DNA of 64,000 nucleotides from Escherichia coli (GCF_044324785.1 NZ_CP172127.1), one strand, 5' to 3'; positions 16,721 to 30,843 are shown, counted from the stretch's first letter. Notes: generated by a model from the sequence alone, not told the origin. Numbers and translations: made by a program.

Positions 16721-16741
16721 GCCGGATGCGATGCATCCGGC
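16721..16741. repeat. REP-like hairpin GCCGGATGC-GAT-GCATCCGGC between convergent malQ and gntT
   Basis: Perfect 9-bp inverted repeat with a 3-nt loop read directly. Confidence 0.5.
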
Positions 16742-16752
16742 AGTCAGTGTTA

Positions 16753-18069
16753 TCAAATCACCATATTCAGCAGCAGACAGCCTACCAGACCGCACACCGA
16801 GATAATGGTTTCTAGCATCGACCAGGATTTGATGGTCTCGCCGATAGTCAGGTTAAAGTACTCTTTGAACAGCCAGAAGCCCGGATCGTTCACGTGAGAG
16901 AAAATCACACTACCGGAACCAACCGCAATAACCATCAGCTCCGGGCTAACACCCGTCGTTGCAATCAGCGGTGCCGCGATACCACCCGCAGTGATTGCCG
17001 CAACGGTTGCGGAACCCAGCGCGATACGCAGTACGGCAGCAATCGACCAGGCCATCAGCAGCGGAGAAATGTTGGTTTCGTGCATCATGGAAGCAATGTA
17101 TTTGTCCACGCCGCTGTCTACCAGCACCTGCTTGAACGCACCGCCACCACCGATAATCAACAGCATCATCGCAATGATTTTGATGGAAGAAACCAGCGTG
17201 TCGTTAATCTGATCCATTGAACGACCACGGTTCAGACCAAAAGTGAACATCGCAATCAGCACGGCAATCAGCGTTGCCATTACCGGGTCACCGAGGAACT
17301 CCGCTACCGGCAGGAAAGCGTGACCTTTCGGCAGGATCATTTCGGCAATCGCACGCATCGCCATCAGTACAACCGGCACCAGAGAGGTCCAGACGCTGAC
17401 GCCAAAACTCGGCATCTCTTCTTCGCTGAAGGTTTTCGCGCTGTACAGACCTTCCGGGATCGGCTTATCGATACCTTTCAGCACGCGAGCGTAAACCGGA
17501 CCGGCGAGAATCACGGTCGGGATTGCCAGAATAGTACCGTACAGCAGGGTTTTACCCATGTCGGCATTGAAAATGGTGGCAATCGCAGTCGGACCCGGAT
17601 GCGGTGGCAGGAAGCCGTGGGTCACAGACAGTGCAGCCGCCATTGGTACACCAACATACAGCAGTGGAATATTCGCGGAAGCCGCGATGGTAAACACCAG
17701 CGGCAGCATCAGCACGAAACCCACTTCATAGAACAGGGCAAAACCAACGGTAAAACCGGTCAGTACCACCGCCCACTGGATGTGTTTTTTACCAAATTTA
17801 GCAATCAGCGTGGTGGCGATACGTTGTGCGCCACCGCAGTCTGCCAGCATTTTGCCCAGCATTGCGCCAAAACCCATGATCAGGGCAAGGCTACCGAGCG
17901 TCCCGCCGACACCGGCTTTGATGGAGCCAATAACTTTATCCAGCGGCATTCCTTGCATTAATCCAACAGCAAGCGCCACGAGGACGAGAGCGATGAAGCC
18001 GTTCATTTTGAAACGGATCATCAGGAGCAACAACAAGATTACACCGATAGCAACAATGACTAATGGCAT
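16753..18069 (-). CDS. gntT: high-affinity gluconate:H+ symporter
   Basis: 438-aa polytopic membrane protein, MPLVIVAIGVILLLLLMIRFKMNGF...; matches my memory of GntT. Confidence 0.95.
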   Translation of the reverse strand: MPLVIVAIGVILLLLLMIRFKMNGFIALVLVALAVGLMQGMPLDKVIGSIKAGVGGTLGSLALIMGFGAMLGKMLADCGGAQRIATTLIAKFGKKHIQWAVVLTGFTVGFALFYEVGFVLMLPLVFTIAASANIPLLYVGVPMAAALSVTHGFLPPHPGPTAIATIFNADMGKTLLYGTILAIPTVILAGPVYARVLKGIDKPIPEGLYSAKTFSEEEMPSFGVSVWTSLVPVVLMAMRAIAEMILPKGHAFLPVAEFLGDPVMATLIAVLIAMFTFGLNRGRSMDQINDTLVSSIKIIAMMLLIIGGGGAFKQVLVDSGVDKYIASMMHETNISPLLMAWSIAAVLRIALGSATVAAITAGGIAAPLIATTGVSPELMVIAVGSGSVIFSHVNDPGFWLFKEYFNLTIGETIKSWSMLETIISVCGLVGCLLLNMVI

Positions 18070-18089
18070 GATTTACCTGGCCTTTCATT

Positions 18090-18103
18090 TGTTATGGGTA
18101 ACG
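18090..18103 (-). promoter_or_regulatory. GntR operator-like site (minus strand CGTTACCCATAACA) close to the gntT start
   Basis: Resembles the ATGTTACCCGTAACAT-type GntR operator; overlaps a TTGACG -35-like hexamer. Confidence 0.4.
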
Positions 18104-18229
18104 TCAATTTTCTGACGACAAACTCTAATTATCCCAATCGGGAACAGAGATATTGCGGCACCACGACTGATACCCACTAAAACTAATTATTGTAGTCAGA
18201 TGTCAGGAGTATGTTTGGTACCCATGTGA

Positions 18230-18245
18230 ATGATACGGGTAACAT
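18230..18245 (-). promoter_or_regulatory. GntR operator palindrome ATGATACGGGTAACAT
   Basis: 15 of 16 positions match the GntR operator consensus as I recall it; near-perfect palindrome in the gntT upstream region. Confidence 0.6.
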
Positions 18246-18373
18246 CCGGCGTTTGAGAATCACCAGAGCGGGGTAAATTTAAATTATGAGAGGTTGGTCA
18301 TATTATCGCGGGGAAACGAAAGGAGGGATTTGCCAAAGCAATGCTGCGCCAACGTCTGGCACATGTTCAACGT

Positions 18374-18429
<56 letters not shown>

Positions 18430-19005
18430 TTAGTAGTAGGAGTGCTCGCCGCGCTGGTGTTCGGTGAGATCGCGCACACCTTTCAGCTCCGGGAATTCGT
18501 TCAGCAGCTGCTTCTCGATCCCTTCTTTCAGCGTCACATCTACCATAGAACAACCGTTACAGCCGCCGCCAAATTGCAGAATGGCGTAACCGTCTTCGGT
18601 GATTTCCATCAGCGAAACGCGACCACCGTGACCAGCAAGCTGTGGGTTGATCTGCGACTGCAGCATATACTCCACGCGCTCCATCAGCGGTGCATCGTCT
18701 GCGACTTTACGCATTTTGGCGTTAGGCGCTTTCAGCGTTAACTGGGAACCCAACTGGTCTGTAACAAAGTCGATCTCTGCATCTTCCAGGTAAGGAGCGC
18801 TTAACTCATCAACATACGCGGTCAGCAGGTCAAATTTCAGGGCAGTGTCGGTGGCTTCCACAGCATCCGGCGGACAATAAGAAACGCCACATTCAGCGTT
18901 AGGCGTGCCAGGGTTAATCACAAATACGCGGATTTGTGTCCCTTCTTCCTGATTTGCCAGCAGTTTGGCAAAGTGCGCTTGTGCAGCATCGGAAATACGG
19001 ATCAT
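18430..19005 (-). CDS. nfuA: Fe-S cluster carrier protein NfuA
   Basis: 191-aa ORF with the C-terminal Nfu CxxC motif (GGGCNGCSM); matches my memory of NfuA. Confidence 0.95.
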
Positions 19006-19063
19006 AGTAATGGCCTAATAGTTGACTATTTTAGTTGGTTATAATACGCCCATCATCGAGGCT

Positions 19064-20555
<1,492 letters not shown>

Positions 20556-20583
20556 GTGGCTTTTGAAATGGCGAGACAGAATT

Positions 20584-21462
20584 TTACTGACTCGCCGCAG
20601 CCAACTCTTCTTCTGACACCCCGGTAAAACGCATGATGTCCGCAAGAGGGACTCCGGATTCAAGCATTATTTTTGCTATATACAAGGCTTTGGATTGTTC
20701 CCCCTCTTGCCGCAATCTTTCCGCAATAGTCATTAAGCTCTCCTTGTGTTTCGGTGAATGTTCGGCAACGCCGTCGATAAAATCGTTAAAACGTACCGCA
20801 TCGCCGGTTTGCAAGATGTAATTAAACAGCCCTTTGATTTGTCTGTCATTAGCGTATCCACTACTTAATAAGCAGGCCATTTGCTCTACCAGCCCCATCA
20901 GATCGCGTTGACGGATATGTTTTTGAATTAACTCCAGCAGAGCCATACGTCGGTGCTGCATGATTTCATCATCAGGCATGACGGTGACATCAATCAGCGG
21001 AAATGCGGAGGCATAAAGCTGCCTTGCCAGTTTGGGATCGGCGAAACAATCCAGCCAACACAGAGAATAGGGATAGGGGCTTTCAATACCGTGGTAAAAC
21101 AACAATGGCACCACCATCGGCAACGTTTTGTATCCGGCATCCAGGTGATTTTGCATTGCGGCAATGGCGTAACGCATCATGCGAAATGCGATCAGTTTGT
21201 TTGAGGTGCTTTGATGTTCAATCAGACAATAGATGTATCCTGGTCCTTGTTCCGTTTTCACCGACCACAGCACGTCGGAATAGCTTTCACGCAGATCGTC
21301 ATCAATAAAGCTGCTCGACTCCAGCTTGAGGGTTTTCATATCACAGAGCGCGTGAATAGGTGCCGGTAAATGAAACGCAAGAAAATCGCGCGCCGTCTCC
21401 GGTTGGCGTAAAAAGAGTTTGAACAGCGCATCGTGTGGGGTGGAACTCTGCTTTTTGCTCAT
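20584..21462 (-). CDS. rpnA: Rpn-family recombination-promoting nuclease (PD-(D/E)xK, transposase_31-like) YhgA/RpnA
   Basis: 292-aa [21 protein letters not shown]...; matches my memory of YhgA. It is not flanked by IS-like inverted repeats. Confidence 0.88.
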   Translation of the reverse strand: MSKKQSSTPHDALFKLFLRQPETARDFLAFHLPAPIHALCDMKTLKLESSSFIDDDLRESYSDVLWSVKTEQGPGYIYCLIEHQSTSNKLIAFRMMRYAIAAMQNHLDAGYKTLPMVVPLLFYHGIESPYPYSLCWLDCFADPKLARQLYASAFPLIDVTVMPDDEIMQHRRMALLELIQKHIRQRDLMGLVEQMACLLSSGYANDRQIKGLFNYILQTGDAVRFNDFIDGVAEHSPKHKESLMTIAERLRQEGEQSKALYIAKIMLESGVPLADIMRFTGVSEEELAAASQ

Positions 21463-21607
21463 GGCGTTCCTTCACCTGTTATTTGAATGCCGCGACTCTA
21501 CGCGCCACTCCACACCTGTGCATTAGCCAGTTTTCATCCCTGCGAGACGCTTTCAGAGGAACTTACGTCGCGCTGCAAGAATTGCATTTTTATGGAAAGC
21601 CGCACGC

Positions 21608-21642
21608 AAAAAAGCCCGGATGCAAACGCATACCGGGCTTTT
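21608..21642 (-). terminator. rho-independent terminator of the feoABC operon
   Basis: On the minus strand: stem AAAAGCCCGG/CCGGGCUUUU with a 13-nt loop, followed by a U6 tract; 23 nt after the feoC stop. Confidence 0.7.
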
Positions 21643-21664
21643 CAAAACAGGCGATGGAGTAAGG

Positions 21665-21901
21665 TTAACGCAGCGCCCACCACTCGCGCAGGCAGGCTTT
21701 GCCTTCCGGGCAGCTTTTACAACTGCCAGAGAGGCAGCCGTCAGGTTCTTCCTGAATCCGCACGGCTTTGCCCATGCTTTCCAGCTGTTGCAGCATGGCG
21801 TTAATCATTGGCTGCGGCGTATTCAATGCCTGGCTTATCTGGGCCGCTTCCATACGGCCCCGTAACGCCAGCAAATCACGTACCTGAATAAGTGAAGCCA
21901 T
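21665..21901 (-). CDS. feoC: ferrous iron transport transcriptional regulator FeoC
   Basis: 78-aa protein from [15 protein letters not shown]... (winged helix plus Cys cluster); its ATG overlaps the feoB stop by 1 nt (TAATG). Confidence 0.9.
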   Translation of the reverse strand: MASLIQVRDLLALRGRMEAAQISQALNTPQPMINAMLQQLESMGKAVRIQEEPDGCLSGSCKSCPEGKACLREWWALR

Positions 21902-24222
21902 TAATGGCAATCACCGGTGGTGCTGGCTGCGCAGCAACTGCTTACCGATTTGCGCGTTGCCAGCAGTTCGATATTCACCCGGCTACGCGCGCGGCGCAGC
22001 AGACCGATAACCACGATGTTAAACAGGATAACCGCCAGAATGCACACCAGGCTGTAAGTTGGATGCTGGCTGTAGCTGGCGACTTGATAGAACAATGTTG
22101 CCAGCGAGTAAGCGATATTCAGCCCCCACAAGATGGAGAAGCCCATCCAGCCACGGCTTGATTCACGGGCGATAGCACCCATCACCGAGATGCACGGTAC
22201 GTACAGCAGGACGAAAATCAGGTAGCTGTATGCGGCAGCTGCGCTACCGAATTTCTGATCCATCACACCCATCGCCCCGGTACCCATTTCGCCGTCGCCT
22301 TTGCTCGCTTCAATCGGGTTCATCAGTACGCTAAGGCTGAAGGTGTCTTTCAGGCTCTGCCAGGTTTCATCTACCGCACTGAACAGCTCTTCACCGAGGT
22401 TAAATTCCGCCGGATTGAACTCTTCGTCCTGAATATTTTCTGCGGTGTAGAGGGTGTTGAGCGTACCCACCACCACTTCTTTCGCCATTGCGCCTGTAAA
22501 CAGACCAACCGTTGCCTGCCAGTTATCTTCATGCACGCCAATCGGCTTGAAGACTGGGGTGATCACCCGGCTGACGGAAGCCAGCGCCGAGTCGTTGATG
22601 TTATCGACGATTTTCCCGCTCAGAGAGAAGCTGTTGAAAGCACTCAGGAAAATGCTGACGATGATAATCACTTTACCAGCACGCAGAACGAAGCCTTTCA
22701 GACGCTGCCAGGTCTGGATAATCAGGCTTTTAACGTGTGGTACATGGTAGACCGGCAGCTCCATGACAAACGGCGTCGCTTCACCGCGCATGATGGTGTA
22801 CTTGAGCATCAGGCCAGTCAGCACCGCCATCACAATACCGAGCAGATACAGCGAGAAGACCGCCAGCGCTCCGTTCTGCCCGAAGAAAGCAGCCGCAAAT
22901 ACTGCGAAGATAGCCAGACGCGCGCCGCAGGACATAAACGGTGCCATCATGATGGTCATCAGACGTTCACGCGGTGCATCAAGCGTACGTGCGCCCATTA
23001 CCGACGGTACGTTACAACCGAAACCAACGATCAGCGGTACAAAGGATTTCCCCGGCAAGCCCAGCGCCTGCATCAGACGGTCCATCACAAACGCCGCACG
23101 CGCCATATATCCGGAGTCCTCAAGGAAGGAGAGGAACAGGTACATCATGCCGATCTGCGGCACCAGTGGCAGCACGGTGTTAATACCGCCGCCCAGGCCC
23201 TGGGCGAGGAAGATAGTCAGCCAGTCCGGGAAGTGGAGCGTGTAGCCAATCCACTGAATACCATGCACAAATAGCGCCACGGAGCCGACGTCAAACAGCG
23301 GCTGTAACGCCCCGCCGATGTTGATAGCCAGCAGGAACATCAGGTACATCACAAAGAGGAAAATCGGCAGACCGAGGAAACGGTTGAGCACGATTTTATC
23401 TACCGCAGTGGTGAAACGGCTGGGTTCTGCCGTCAGGGTGTTGCTTACCACATCACAGATGGCAGCAATGCACTGGTAACGCGCATCGGCAATGTGCAGC
23501 GCCGGATCGTCCATCTCATTACGCAGACGGGCGAGGGCGGCATCAAGATGCTGCGACGCTTCACCGGCGTAGGCGCGGCTGTAGATATCTCCTTCCAGCA
23601 TTTGCAAGCCCAGCCAGCGACGTTGTTTCAGCGGGATGTCGGAAGGCATCACTTTTGCCAGTGAATCTGCTTCGTTGAGTAGCGGCTGTGCGTAATGCAC
23701 CAGTTCCACATTCTCGTTAGCTTTATAGCGATCAATCGCCAGCTTGAGCGCTTCAATACCGCGACCACGGGTTGAAACCAGCGGGATCACCGGGCAGCCA
23801 AGACGCGCCGACAGAGCATCAATTTCAATACGAATATTTTGCTTCTCGGCAATGTCGAGCATGTTCAGTGCCACGATGCAGGGAATGCCGAGTTCCAGCA
23901 GTTGTAGCGTCAGGTACAGGTTACGCTCAAGGTTAGACGCATCCACCACGTTAATCAGCAGGTCGGCGTCGCCACTCAAAATGTAGTGACAGGCGATTTG
24001 CTCATCGAGCGAGGTCTGCGATGAGATGGTGGTCAGAGAGTAGGTGCCGGGCAGGTCCACCAGCGTGACCTGATGATCGGTGGTGGAGAATTGCCCTTCT
24101 TTACGTTCGACGGTAACGCCAGCCCAGTTACCTACTCGCTGACGTGCGCCAGTGAGCTGGTTAAATAAGGTTGTCTTGCCAGAATTTGGATTACCAATTA
24201 AGCCAATGGTTAATTTTTTCAT
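21901..24222 (-). CDS. feoB: ferrous iron transporter FeoB (G-protein-coupled permease)
   Basis: Start set at [21 protein letters not shown] (G1 P-loop), 773 aa; the ORF track extends 4 codons upstream. Confidence 0.95.
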   Translation of the reverse strand: MKKLTIGLIGNPNSGKTTLFNQLTGARQRVGNWAGVTVERKEGQFSTTDHQVTLVDLPGTYSLTTISSQTSLDEQIACHYILSGDADLLINVVDASNLERNLYLTLQLLELGIPCIVALNMLDIAEKQNIRIEIDALSARLGCPVIPLVSTRGRGIEALKLAIDRYKANENVELVHYAQPLLNEADSLAKVMPSDIPLKQRRWLGLQMLEGDIYSRAYAGEASQHLDAALARLRNEMDDPALHIADARYQCIAAICDVVSNTLTAEPSRFTTAVDKIVLNRFLGLPIFLFVMYLMFLLAINIGGALQPLFDVGSVALFVHGIQWIGYTLHFPDWLTIFLAQGLGGGINTVLPLVPQIGMMYLFLSFLEDSGYMARAAFVMDRLMQALGLPGKSFVPLIVGFGCNVPSVMGARTLDAPRERLMTIMMAPFMSCGARLAIFAVFAAAFFGQNGALAVFSLYLLGIVMAVLTGLMLKYTIMRGEATPFVMELPVYHVPHVKSLIIQTWQRLKGFVLRAGKVIIIVSIFLSAFNSFSLSGKIVDNINDSALASVSRVITPVFKPIGVHEDNWQATVGLFTGAMAKEVVVGTLNTLYTAENIQDEEFNPAEFNLGEELFSAVDETWQSLKDTFSLSVLMNPIEASKGDGEMGTGAMGVMDQKFGSAAAAYSYLIFVLLYVPCISVMGAIARESSRGWMGFSILWGLNIAYSLATLFYQVASYSQHPTYSLVCILAVILFNIVVIGLLRRARSRVNIELLATRKSVSSCCAASTTGDCH

Positions 24223-24238
24223 TGTTGTTATCACCGTA

Positions 24239-24466
24239 TTAACAGGAAACCGCTTCCACTTCTAATAAGGCCAGATCTTTTTTGCGTAATACCAGGCTCA
24301 CACGACGGGTTTCGATATGAATGGGGTCGCCGAGTGGAGCGACGCGCACCACATTAAAAGAGGAGCCAGGTAACATGCCAAGAGAAAGCAGTTTTTGGCG
24401 ATATGCCGGGCTGATTTCACGGGAAAAGCCAGTGATTTTCCACGCAGTATCTGGAGTGTATTGCAT
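24239..24466 (-). CDS. feoA: ferrous iron transport protein FeoA
   Basis: 75-aa [38 protein letters not shown]...; matches my memory of FeoA. Confidence 0.95.
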   Translation of the reverse strand: MQYTPDTAWKITGFSREISPAYRQKLLSLGMLPGSSFNVVRVAPLGDPIHIETRRVSLVLRKKDLALLEVEAVSC

Positions 24467-24576
24467 AGGTGCCTACTTGTTTCTCATTAACTGGATAACT
24501 ACCTCATGGGGCGTTTGACAGCGACATGAGACCAGATGATTTGCCAACGAAGGAGAGATTAAATAATCAACAACAC

Positions 24577-24593
24577 AATGATAATGAGAATGG
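24577..24593 (-). promoter_or_regulatory. Fur-box-like AT-rich hexamer repeats (AATGATAATGAGAATGG) upstream of feoA
   Basis: GATAAT-like hexamer repeats in the feoA leader; weak match judged by eye. Confidence 0.35.
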
Positions 24594-24655
24594 TTTCTAT
24601 CAGCAATACTTAAAATGTGTGCGAATGTTGGTTTGAATAATAATCTGACTCAATG

Positions 24656-24669
24656 TTGATGTGGCTCAA
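24656..24669 (-). promoter_or_regulatory. FNR-site-like TTGAT-N4-CTCAA upstream of feoA
   Basis: 9 of 10 positions match TTGAT-N4-ATCAA; feo is known to be FNR- and Fur-regulated. Confidence 0.45.
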
Positions 24670-24903
24670 GGTTATATCGCAGCGAAAATATAATTCGAAT
24701 AGCGAATTACCAGGACTGGTTAATGTTTAATTAAAGTTTCAGTTGTTAATGAAGTGATAAATATTAACGGGATATATTGTGAGTTTGGTTGTGGAATAAA
24801 AAGGCCGGAGATATTCTCCGGCACTTTTATGTCAGGCAAGGCGTTCGTTGCCAGATGCGGCGTGAACGCCTTATCGCGCAGGTTTAGGGGCCAGTCCGGG
24901 CGT

Positions 24904-27225
24904 TTAACGTTTTTTGCCCATTGCTGCCGCCAACGCATCCATCATCGCGCTGTTACCGGCAGGCTGCGCTTCACGCCCACGCGGTTTGGCTGCCGGGCGG
25001 TTGTTTTGCGGGCGTTCATTACCGCCGCCGCGACGGGCGTTGGTTTCGCCAGGCTGCTCGTCCAGACGCATAGTCAGGGCGATACGTTTACGCTGAAGAT
25101 CGACTTCGAGCACTTTCACCTTCACAATGTCGCCCGCTTTCACCACGGTATGCGGATCTTCCACAAACTTGTTCGACAATGAAGAGATGTGAACCAGGCC
25201 GTCCTGATGCACGCCAATATCGACAAACGCGCCAAAGTTGGTGACGTTGGTCACCGCACCTTCGAGGATCATACCCGGTTGCAGGTCGTTCATTGTCTCG
25301 ACGCCATCGGCAAACTGAGCGGTTTTAAATTCCGGACGCGGATCGCGACCCGGTTTTTCCAGCTCTTTGATGATGTCAGTTACCGTCGGTACACCGAATT
25401 TTTCATCAGTAAAGTCAGACGCTTTCAGGTTACGCAGCTCGCTGCTGTTACCCATCAGATCTTTCAGTGCCTGCTGTGTTGCTGCCAGAATGCGTTCCAC
25501 CACCGGATAGGCTTCCGGGTGAACGGTAGAGGCGTCCAGCGGGTTATCACCGTGGTTAATGCGCAGGAAGCCCGCGCACTGCTCGAAGGCTTTCGGCCCC
25601 AGACGGCTCACTTTTAACAGTTGCTGACGGTTCTGGAACTGACCGTTCTCATCGCGCCAGGCCACGATGTTTTGCGCCATCATGCGCGTCAGGCCCGCCA
25701 CGCGGGTTAACAGCGGAACAGAAGCGGTGTTGAGATCAACACCGACGGCGTTTACGCAGTCTTCTACTACTGCGTCCAGTTTGCGGGCCAGTTGCGTCTG
25801 GCTGACGTCATGCTGATACTGACCTACGCCGATAGATTTCGGATCGATTTTCACCAGCTCCGCCAGCGGATCCTGCAAACGGCGGGCGATAGACACCGCG
25901 CCACGCAGCGAAACGTCGAGATCCGGGAACTCCTGCGCTGCCAGCTCGGAAGCCGAGTAAACCGACGCGCCAGCTTCACTGACGATCACTTTCTGCGCGG
26001 TCACTTTCGGGAACTGCTTCTGCACGTCGAGATAGAAACGCTCAGTTTCGCGGGAAGCTGTACCGTTGCCGATCGCCACCAGTTCAACGTTATGCTTTTC
26101 ACACAGGGCAGCAACGGTCATCGCTGCTTTTGCGGCTTGTCCGGTGTGCGGGTAAATGGTATCGGTCGCCACCAGTTTGCCAGTTGCATCGACCACCGCT
26201 ACTTTTACCCCGGTACGCAGACCCGGATCGAGGCCCATCGTTGCACGCAGTCCGGCTGGGGCCGCCATCAGCAGATCGTGCAGGTTACGGGCAAAGACGT
26301 TGATTGCTTCATCTTCCGCGCGTTCGCGCACGGTGCCCATCAGTTCGGTTTCCAGATGCATCAGCACCTTGATGCGCCACGTCCAGCTCACCACGCCTTT
26401 GCGCCAGCTATCCGCCGGGGCATTGTTCAGGCGCAGGCCGAGATGATCCATAATGATTTGCTCGCAATAGCTCTCTTTTGGCGGCTCATCGAACTGCGGA
26501 TCGGCATTCAGCGAAAGCTGAAGTACGCCTTCGTTACGACCACGGAACATCGCCAGCGCGCGGTGAGAAGGCACCGTTGACAGCGGTTCGTGATGATCGA
26601 AATAGTCGCGGAATTTCGCCCCTTCCTCTTCTTTACCACTCACCACCGTAGAAACTAAATGCGCGTTCTTCCACAGATAATCACGTACTTTTGCCAGCAG
26701 CGCGGCATCTTCGGCAAACCGTTCCATCAGGATATAGCGCGCGCCGTCCAGCGCGGCTTTGGTATCTGCCACGCCTTTATCGGCATCAATATATTGTGCA
26801 GCGGCGACTTCTGGCGTGTGTGACGGATCGCTCCACAGCAGGTCAGCCAACGGCTCAAGCCCTGCTTCAATGGCGATTTGCCCGCGGGTGCGGCGTTTAG
26901 GTTTGTAGGGCAGGTAGAGGTCTTCGAGTTCGGTTTTGCTTAGTGTGGCGTTGATGGCATTCGCCAGCTCGTCAGTGAGTTTGCCTTGCTCGGAAATGGA
27001 CTTGAGGATCGCCTGACGTCTCTCTTCCAGCTCGCGCAGATAGCTCAGACGCGTTTCCAGATTACGCAGCTGCGTGTCATCCAGACCGCCGGTGATTTCC
27101 TTACGATAACGTGCGATAAACGGCACGGTATTCCCTTCGTCAAGCAGGCGAACGGCAGCGTCAACCTGTTCCGGGCGCGCCTGAATTTCACCCGCAATAA
27201 TGCGGCAGAACGAATCATTCATCAT
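24904..27225 (-). CDS. yhgF: Tex-like transcription accessory protein YhgF (S1 RNA-binding domain)
   Basis: 773-aa ORF with a C-terminal S1 domain and basic tail; matches my memory of YhgF. Confidence 0.93.
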   Translation of the reverse strand: MMNDSFCRIIAGEIQARPEQVDAAVRLLDEGNTVPFIARYRKEITGGLDDTQLRNLETRLSYLRELEERRQAILKSISEQGKLTDELANAINATLSKTELEDLYLPYKPKRRTRGQIAIEAGLEPLADLLWSDPSHTPEVAAAQYIDADKGVADTKAALDGARYILMERFAEDAALLAKVRDYLWKNAHLVSTVVSGKEEEGAKFRDYFDHHEPLSTVPSHRALAMFRGRNEGVLQLSLNADPQFDEPPKESYCEQIIMDHLGLRLNNAPADSWRKGVVSWTWRIKVLMHLETELMGTVRERAEDEAINVFARNLHDLLMAAPAGLRATMGLDPGLRTGVKVAVVDATGKLVATDTIYPHTGQAAKAAMTVAALCEKHNVELVAIGNGTASRETERFYLDVQKQFPKVTAQKVIVSEAGASVYSASELAAQEFPDLDVSLRGAVSIARRLQDPLAELVKIDPKSIGVGQYQHDVSQTQLARKLDAVVEDCVNAVGVDLNTASVPLLTRVAGLTRMMAQNIVAWRDENGQFQNRQQLLKVSRLGPKAFEQCAGFLRINHGDNPLDASTVHPEAYPVVERILAATQQALKDLMGNSSELRNLKASDFTDEKFGVPTVTDIIKELEKPGRDPRPEFKTAQFADGVETMNDLQPGMILEGAVTNVTNFGAFVDIGVHQDGLVHISSLSNKFVEDPHTVVKAGDIVKVKVLEVDLQRKRIALTMRLDEQPGETNARRGGGNERPQNNRPAAKPRGREAQPAGNSAMMDALAAAMGKKR

Positions 27226-27276
27226 GGTTTGAGTTCATCTTTTCGGATCAAAAATCAGGGGATAGTTATACGGACT

Positions 27277-27296
27277 GGCTGGCAAAAATGCCAGCC
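27277..27296 (-). terminator. hairpin GGCTGGCA-AAAA-TGCCAGCC downstream of greB (possible greB terminator)
   Basis: 8-bp perfect inverted repeat read directly; the U-tract is weak. Confidence 0.35.
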
Positions 27297-27321
27297 ATCG
27301 GCAGGAGGTTAAGACTCTTCC

Positions 27322-27798
27322 TTACGGTTTCACGTACTCGATAGCATTAACATACCAGCTCGCTTCCCCGGCAGGGGTATTGACCACCGCCAAATCGCCC
27401 ACCTCTTTTTTCAGCAATGCGCGAGCCATCGGGGAATCGATAGAGATGTAATCTTTACGGCCAAAAATTTCATCGTAGCCGACAATACGGAAACGGTGAG
27501 TCACGCCATCGTCGTTTTCAATCTCCACCCACGCGCCAAAAAAGACTTTGCCTTCCTGCTGCGGGGAGTAATCGACGATTTTGAGATTTTCCATGCATTT
27601 AGTGAGATAGCGCACGCGACGGTCGATTTCACGCAGGCGCTTTTTATTATACTGATAGTCAGCATTTTCGCTGCGGTCGCCCAGACTTGCGGCCCAGGTC
27701 ACCTTTTTTGTGACCTCCGGGCGTTCTTCACGCCAGAGATAATTTAGCTCTTGTTTGAGTTTTTCATACCCTTCCCGGGTAACCAGGGGCGTTTTCAT
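27322..27798 (-). CDS. greB: transcription elongation factor GreB
   Basis: Start set at MKTPLVTREGYEKLKQELNYLW (158 aa); the ORF track extends 12 codons upstream. Confidence 0.93.
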   Translation of the reverse strand: MKTPLVTREGYEKLKQELNYLWREERPEVTKKVTWAASLGDRSENADYQYNKKRLREIDRRVRYLTKCMENLKIVDYSPQQEGKVFFGAWVEIENDDGVTHRFRIVGYDEIFGRKDYISIDSPMARALLKKEVGDLAVVNTPAGEASWYVNAIEYVKP

Positions 27799-28025
27799 CT
27801 CGTTGATTCCCTTTGTCTGTTTGATAATGCGCACATTGGGTATAACGTGATCATATCAACAGAATCAATAATGTTTCGCCGAATAAATTGTATACTTAAG
27901 CTGCTGTTTAATATGCTTTGTAACAATTTAGGCTGAAATTCATACCAGATTTAGCTGGTGACGAACGTGAGCTTTTTTAAGAATACACGCTTACAAATTG
28001 TTGCGAACCTTTGGGAGTACAAACA

Positions 28026-30094
<2,069 letters not shown>

Positions 30095-30096
30095 AT

Positions 30097-30126
30097 AAAA
30101 CGGGAGGCGAAGGTGCCTCCCGTTTT
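30097..30126. terminator. bidirectional rho-independent terminator (12-bp stem AAAACGGGAGGC/GCCTCCCGTTTT, 6-nt loop) shared by envZ and the convergent antitoxin gene
   Basis: Perfect inverted repeat with an A-tract on one side and a T-tract on the other; begins 2 nt after the envZ stop and overlaps the stop codon of ORF 30125-30421. Confidence 0.8.
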
Positions 30127-30421
30127 AGATTGTTTTCAATTGATTGATAATGAAAGGATTCGCTTGCAAAAGCAGGAGCAATTTTCGGGGTGCTCCGGTA
30201 GGTTGACGGCGTTTGGTTTCCCAGCTTTTGACCAGGTCATAACTTACCCCTACGGCGACAGCAAAATCTTGCTGACGTAAACCCGTTGCTTCACGGATCG
30301 CTTTTACATCGATCTCGCTATAAGTATGGACGTGCTCTGGTTCAGGCGTTTCTTCACCCTTTTCGATGCGTACCATTTCTTCTGCGCTGGCAAGAAGATC
30401 AGCAAATAATTCGTCTTTCAT
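30125..30421 (-). CDS. putative antitoxin, XRE-family helix-turn-helix protein (HigA/YiaG-like)
   Basis: 98-aa ORF with an acidic N-terminal region followed by an HTH (GLRQQDFAVAVGVSYDLVKSWETKRRQP) and an LLLLLQANP tail, resembling YiaG-type HTH proteins from memory; GGAGG RBS 12 nt upstream; 58 bp downstream of the toxin-like ORF. Confidence 0.7.
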   Translation of the reverse strand: MKDELFADLLASAEEMVRIEKGEETPEPEHVHTYSEIDVKAIREATGLRQQDFAVAVGVSYDLVKSWETKRRQPTGAPRKLLLLLQANPFIINQLKTI

Positions 30422-30479
30422 CTGTTTTCAATGCCTCCGTTGGCATTTCGGCCATGGTGGAATTTGTGGAGCTTCAACA

Positions 30480-30797
30480 TTAAAGCAGCTTCTCGGACAA
30501 TAGTTTCAATGCCTTTCTTTGTTCTTCTGTTAAATCATCCTGTTCATTTTTAGGATAAATCAACGCCAGATAAATTCGGCCATTGCGTGTTACGTTGTAA
30601 TAAATTATCCGAATGCCACCCCGTTTCCCCATTCCAGAACGGTTCCAGCGAATTTTTCTAAAACTGCCTGTGCCTGCGATAATGTCACCGGCAGTGGGAT
30701 CTTGAATGAGTAGTTCCTGAAAAGCCCGGAACTCATCATCAGGTAACAATAACTGGCGGCGTTTGCTAAATCCTTGTAGTTCAATAAACGTGAACAT
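30480..30797 (-). CDS. putative type II toxin, RelE/ParE-superfamily (HigB/Gp49-like)
   Basis: 105-aa basic protein with a GGIRIIYY beta-strand motif and K/R-rich core typical of RelE/ParE-fold toxins (recognised from memory, not HMM-verified); AGGA RBS; AT-rich; sits in an envZ-pckA gap that I do not recall being occupied in K-12. Confidence 0.7.
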   Translation of the reverse strand: MFTFIELQGFSKRRQLLLPDDEFRAFQELLIQDPTAGDIIAGTGSFRKIRWNRSGMGKRGGIRIIYYNVTRNGRIYLALIYPKNEQDDLTEEQRKALKLLSEKLL

Positions 30798-30821
30798 AAT
30801 GCATCCTGCGGTCTATTGATA

Positions 30822-30843
30822 ATTATAAGTGTACCGTGTACAT
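30822..30843 (-). promoter_or_regulatory. candidate promoter/operator of the toxin-antitoxin cassette (TATAAT -10 plus TGTAC-CG-TGTAC repeat)
   Basis: Minus-strand TATAAT at 30827-30822, about 25 nt upstream of the toxin ATG; adjacent direct repeat of the self-complementary TGTAC motif; -35 is weak. Confidence 0.4.

Noticed and set aside
20584-21462. yhgA (rpnA) considered as a possible mobile element because it belongs to a transposase-like (PD-(D/E)xK, transposase_31) family
   Set aside because: Single gene without terminal inverted repeats, target-site duplication or partner genes; it sits between core genes (bioH and feo) as in the K-12 order, so it is a domesticated Rpn nuclease rather than an IS.
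25792-26580. 262-aa plus-strand ORF inside yhgF (tex), and similar long antisense ORFs inside feoB (22531-23274), php (56491-57315), yhfW (55976-56587), yhfS (59706-60347), frlD (61508-62068), frlB (63347-63931), rpe (50319-50966), trpS (51986-52663) and envZ (29246-29896)
   Set aside because: All are opposite-strand frames within confidently assigned genes; none has an independent promoter or RBS context or a recognisable protein signature.
30286-30483. 65-aa plus-strand ORF overlapping the antitoxin gene and the toxin-antitoxin spacer
   Set aside because: Antisense to the better-supported HTH ORF; no RBS and an implausible composition.
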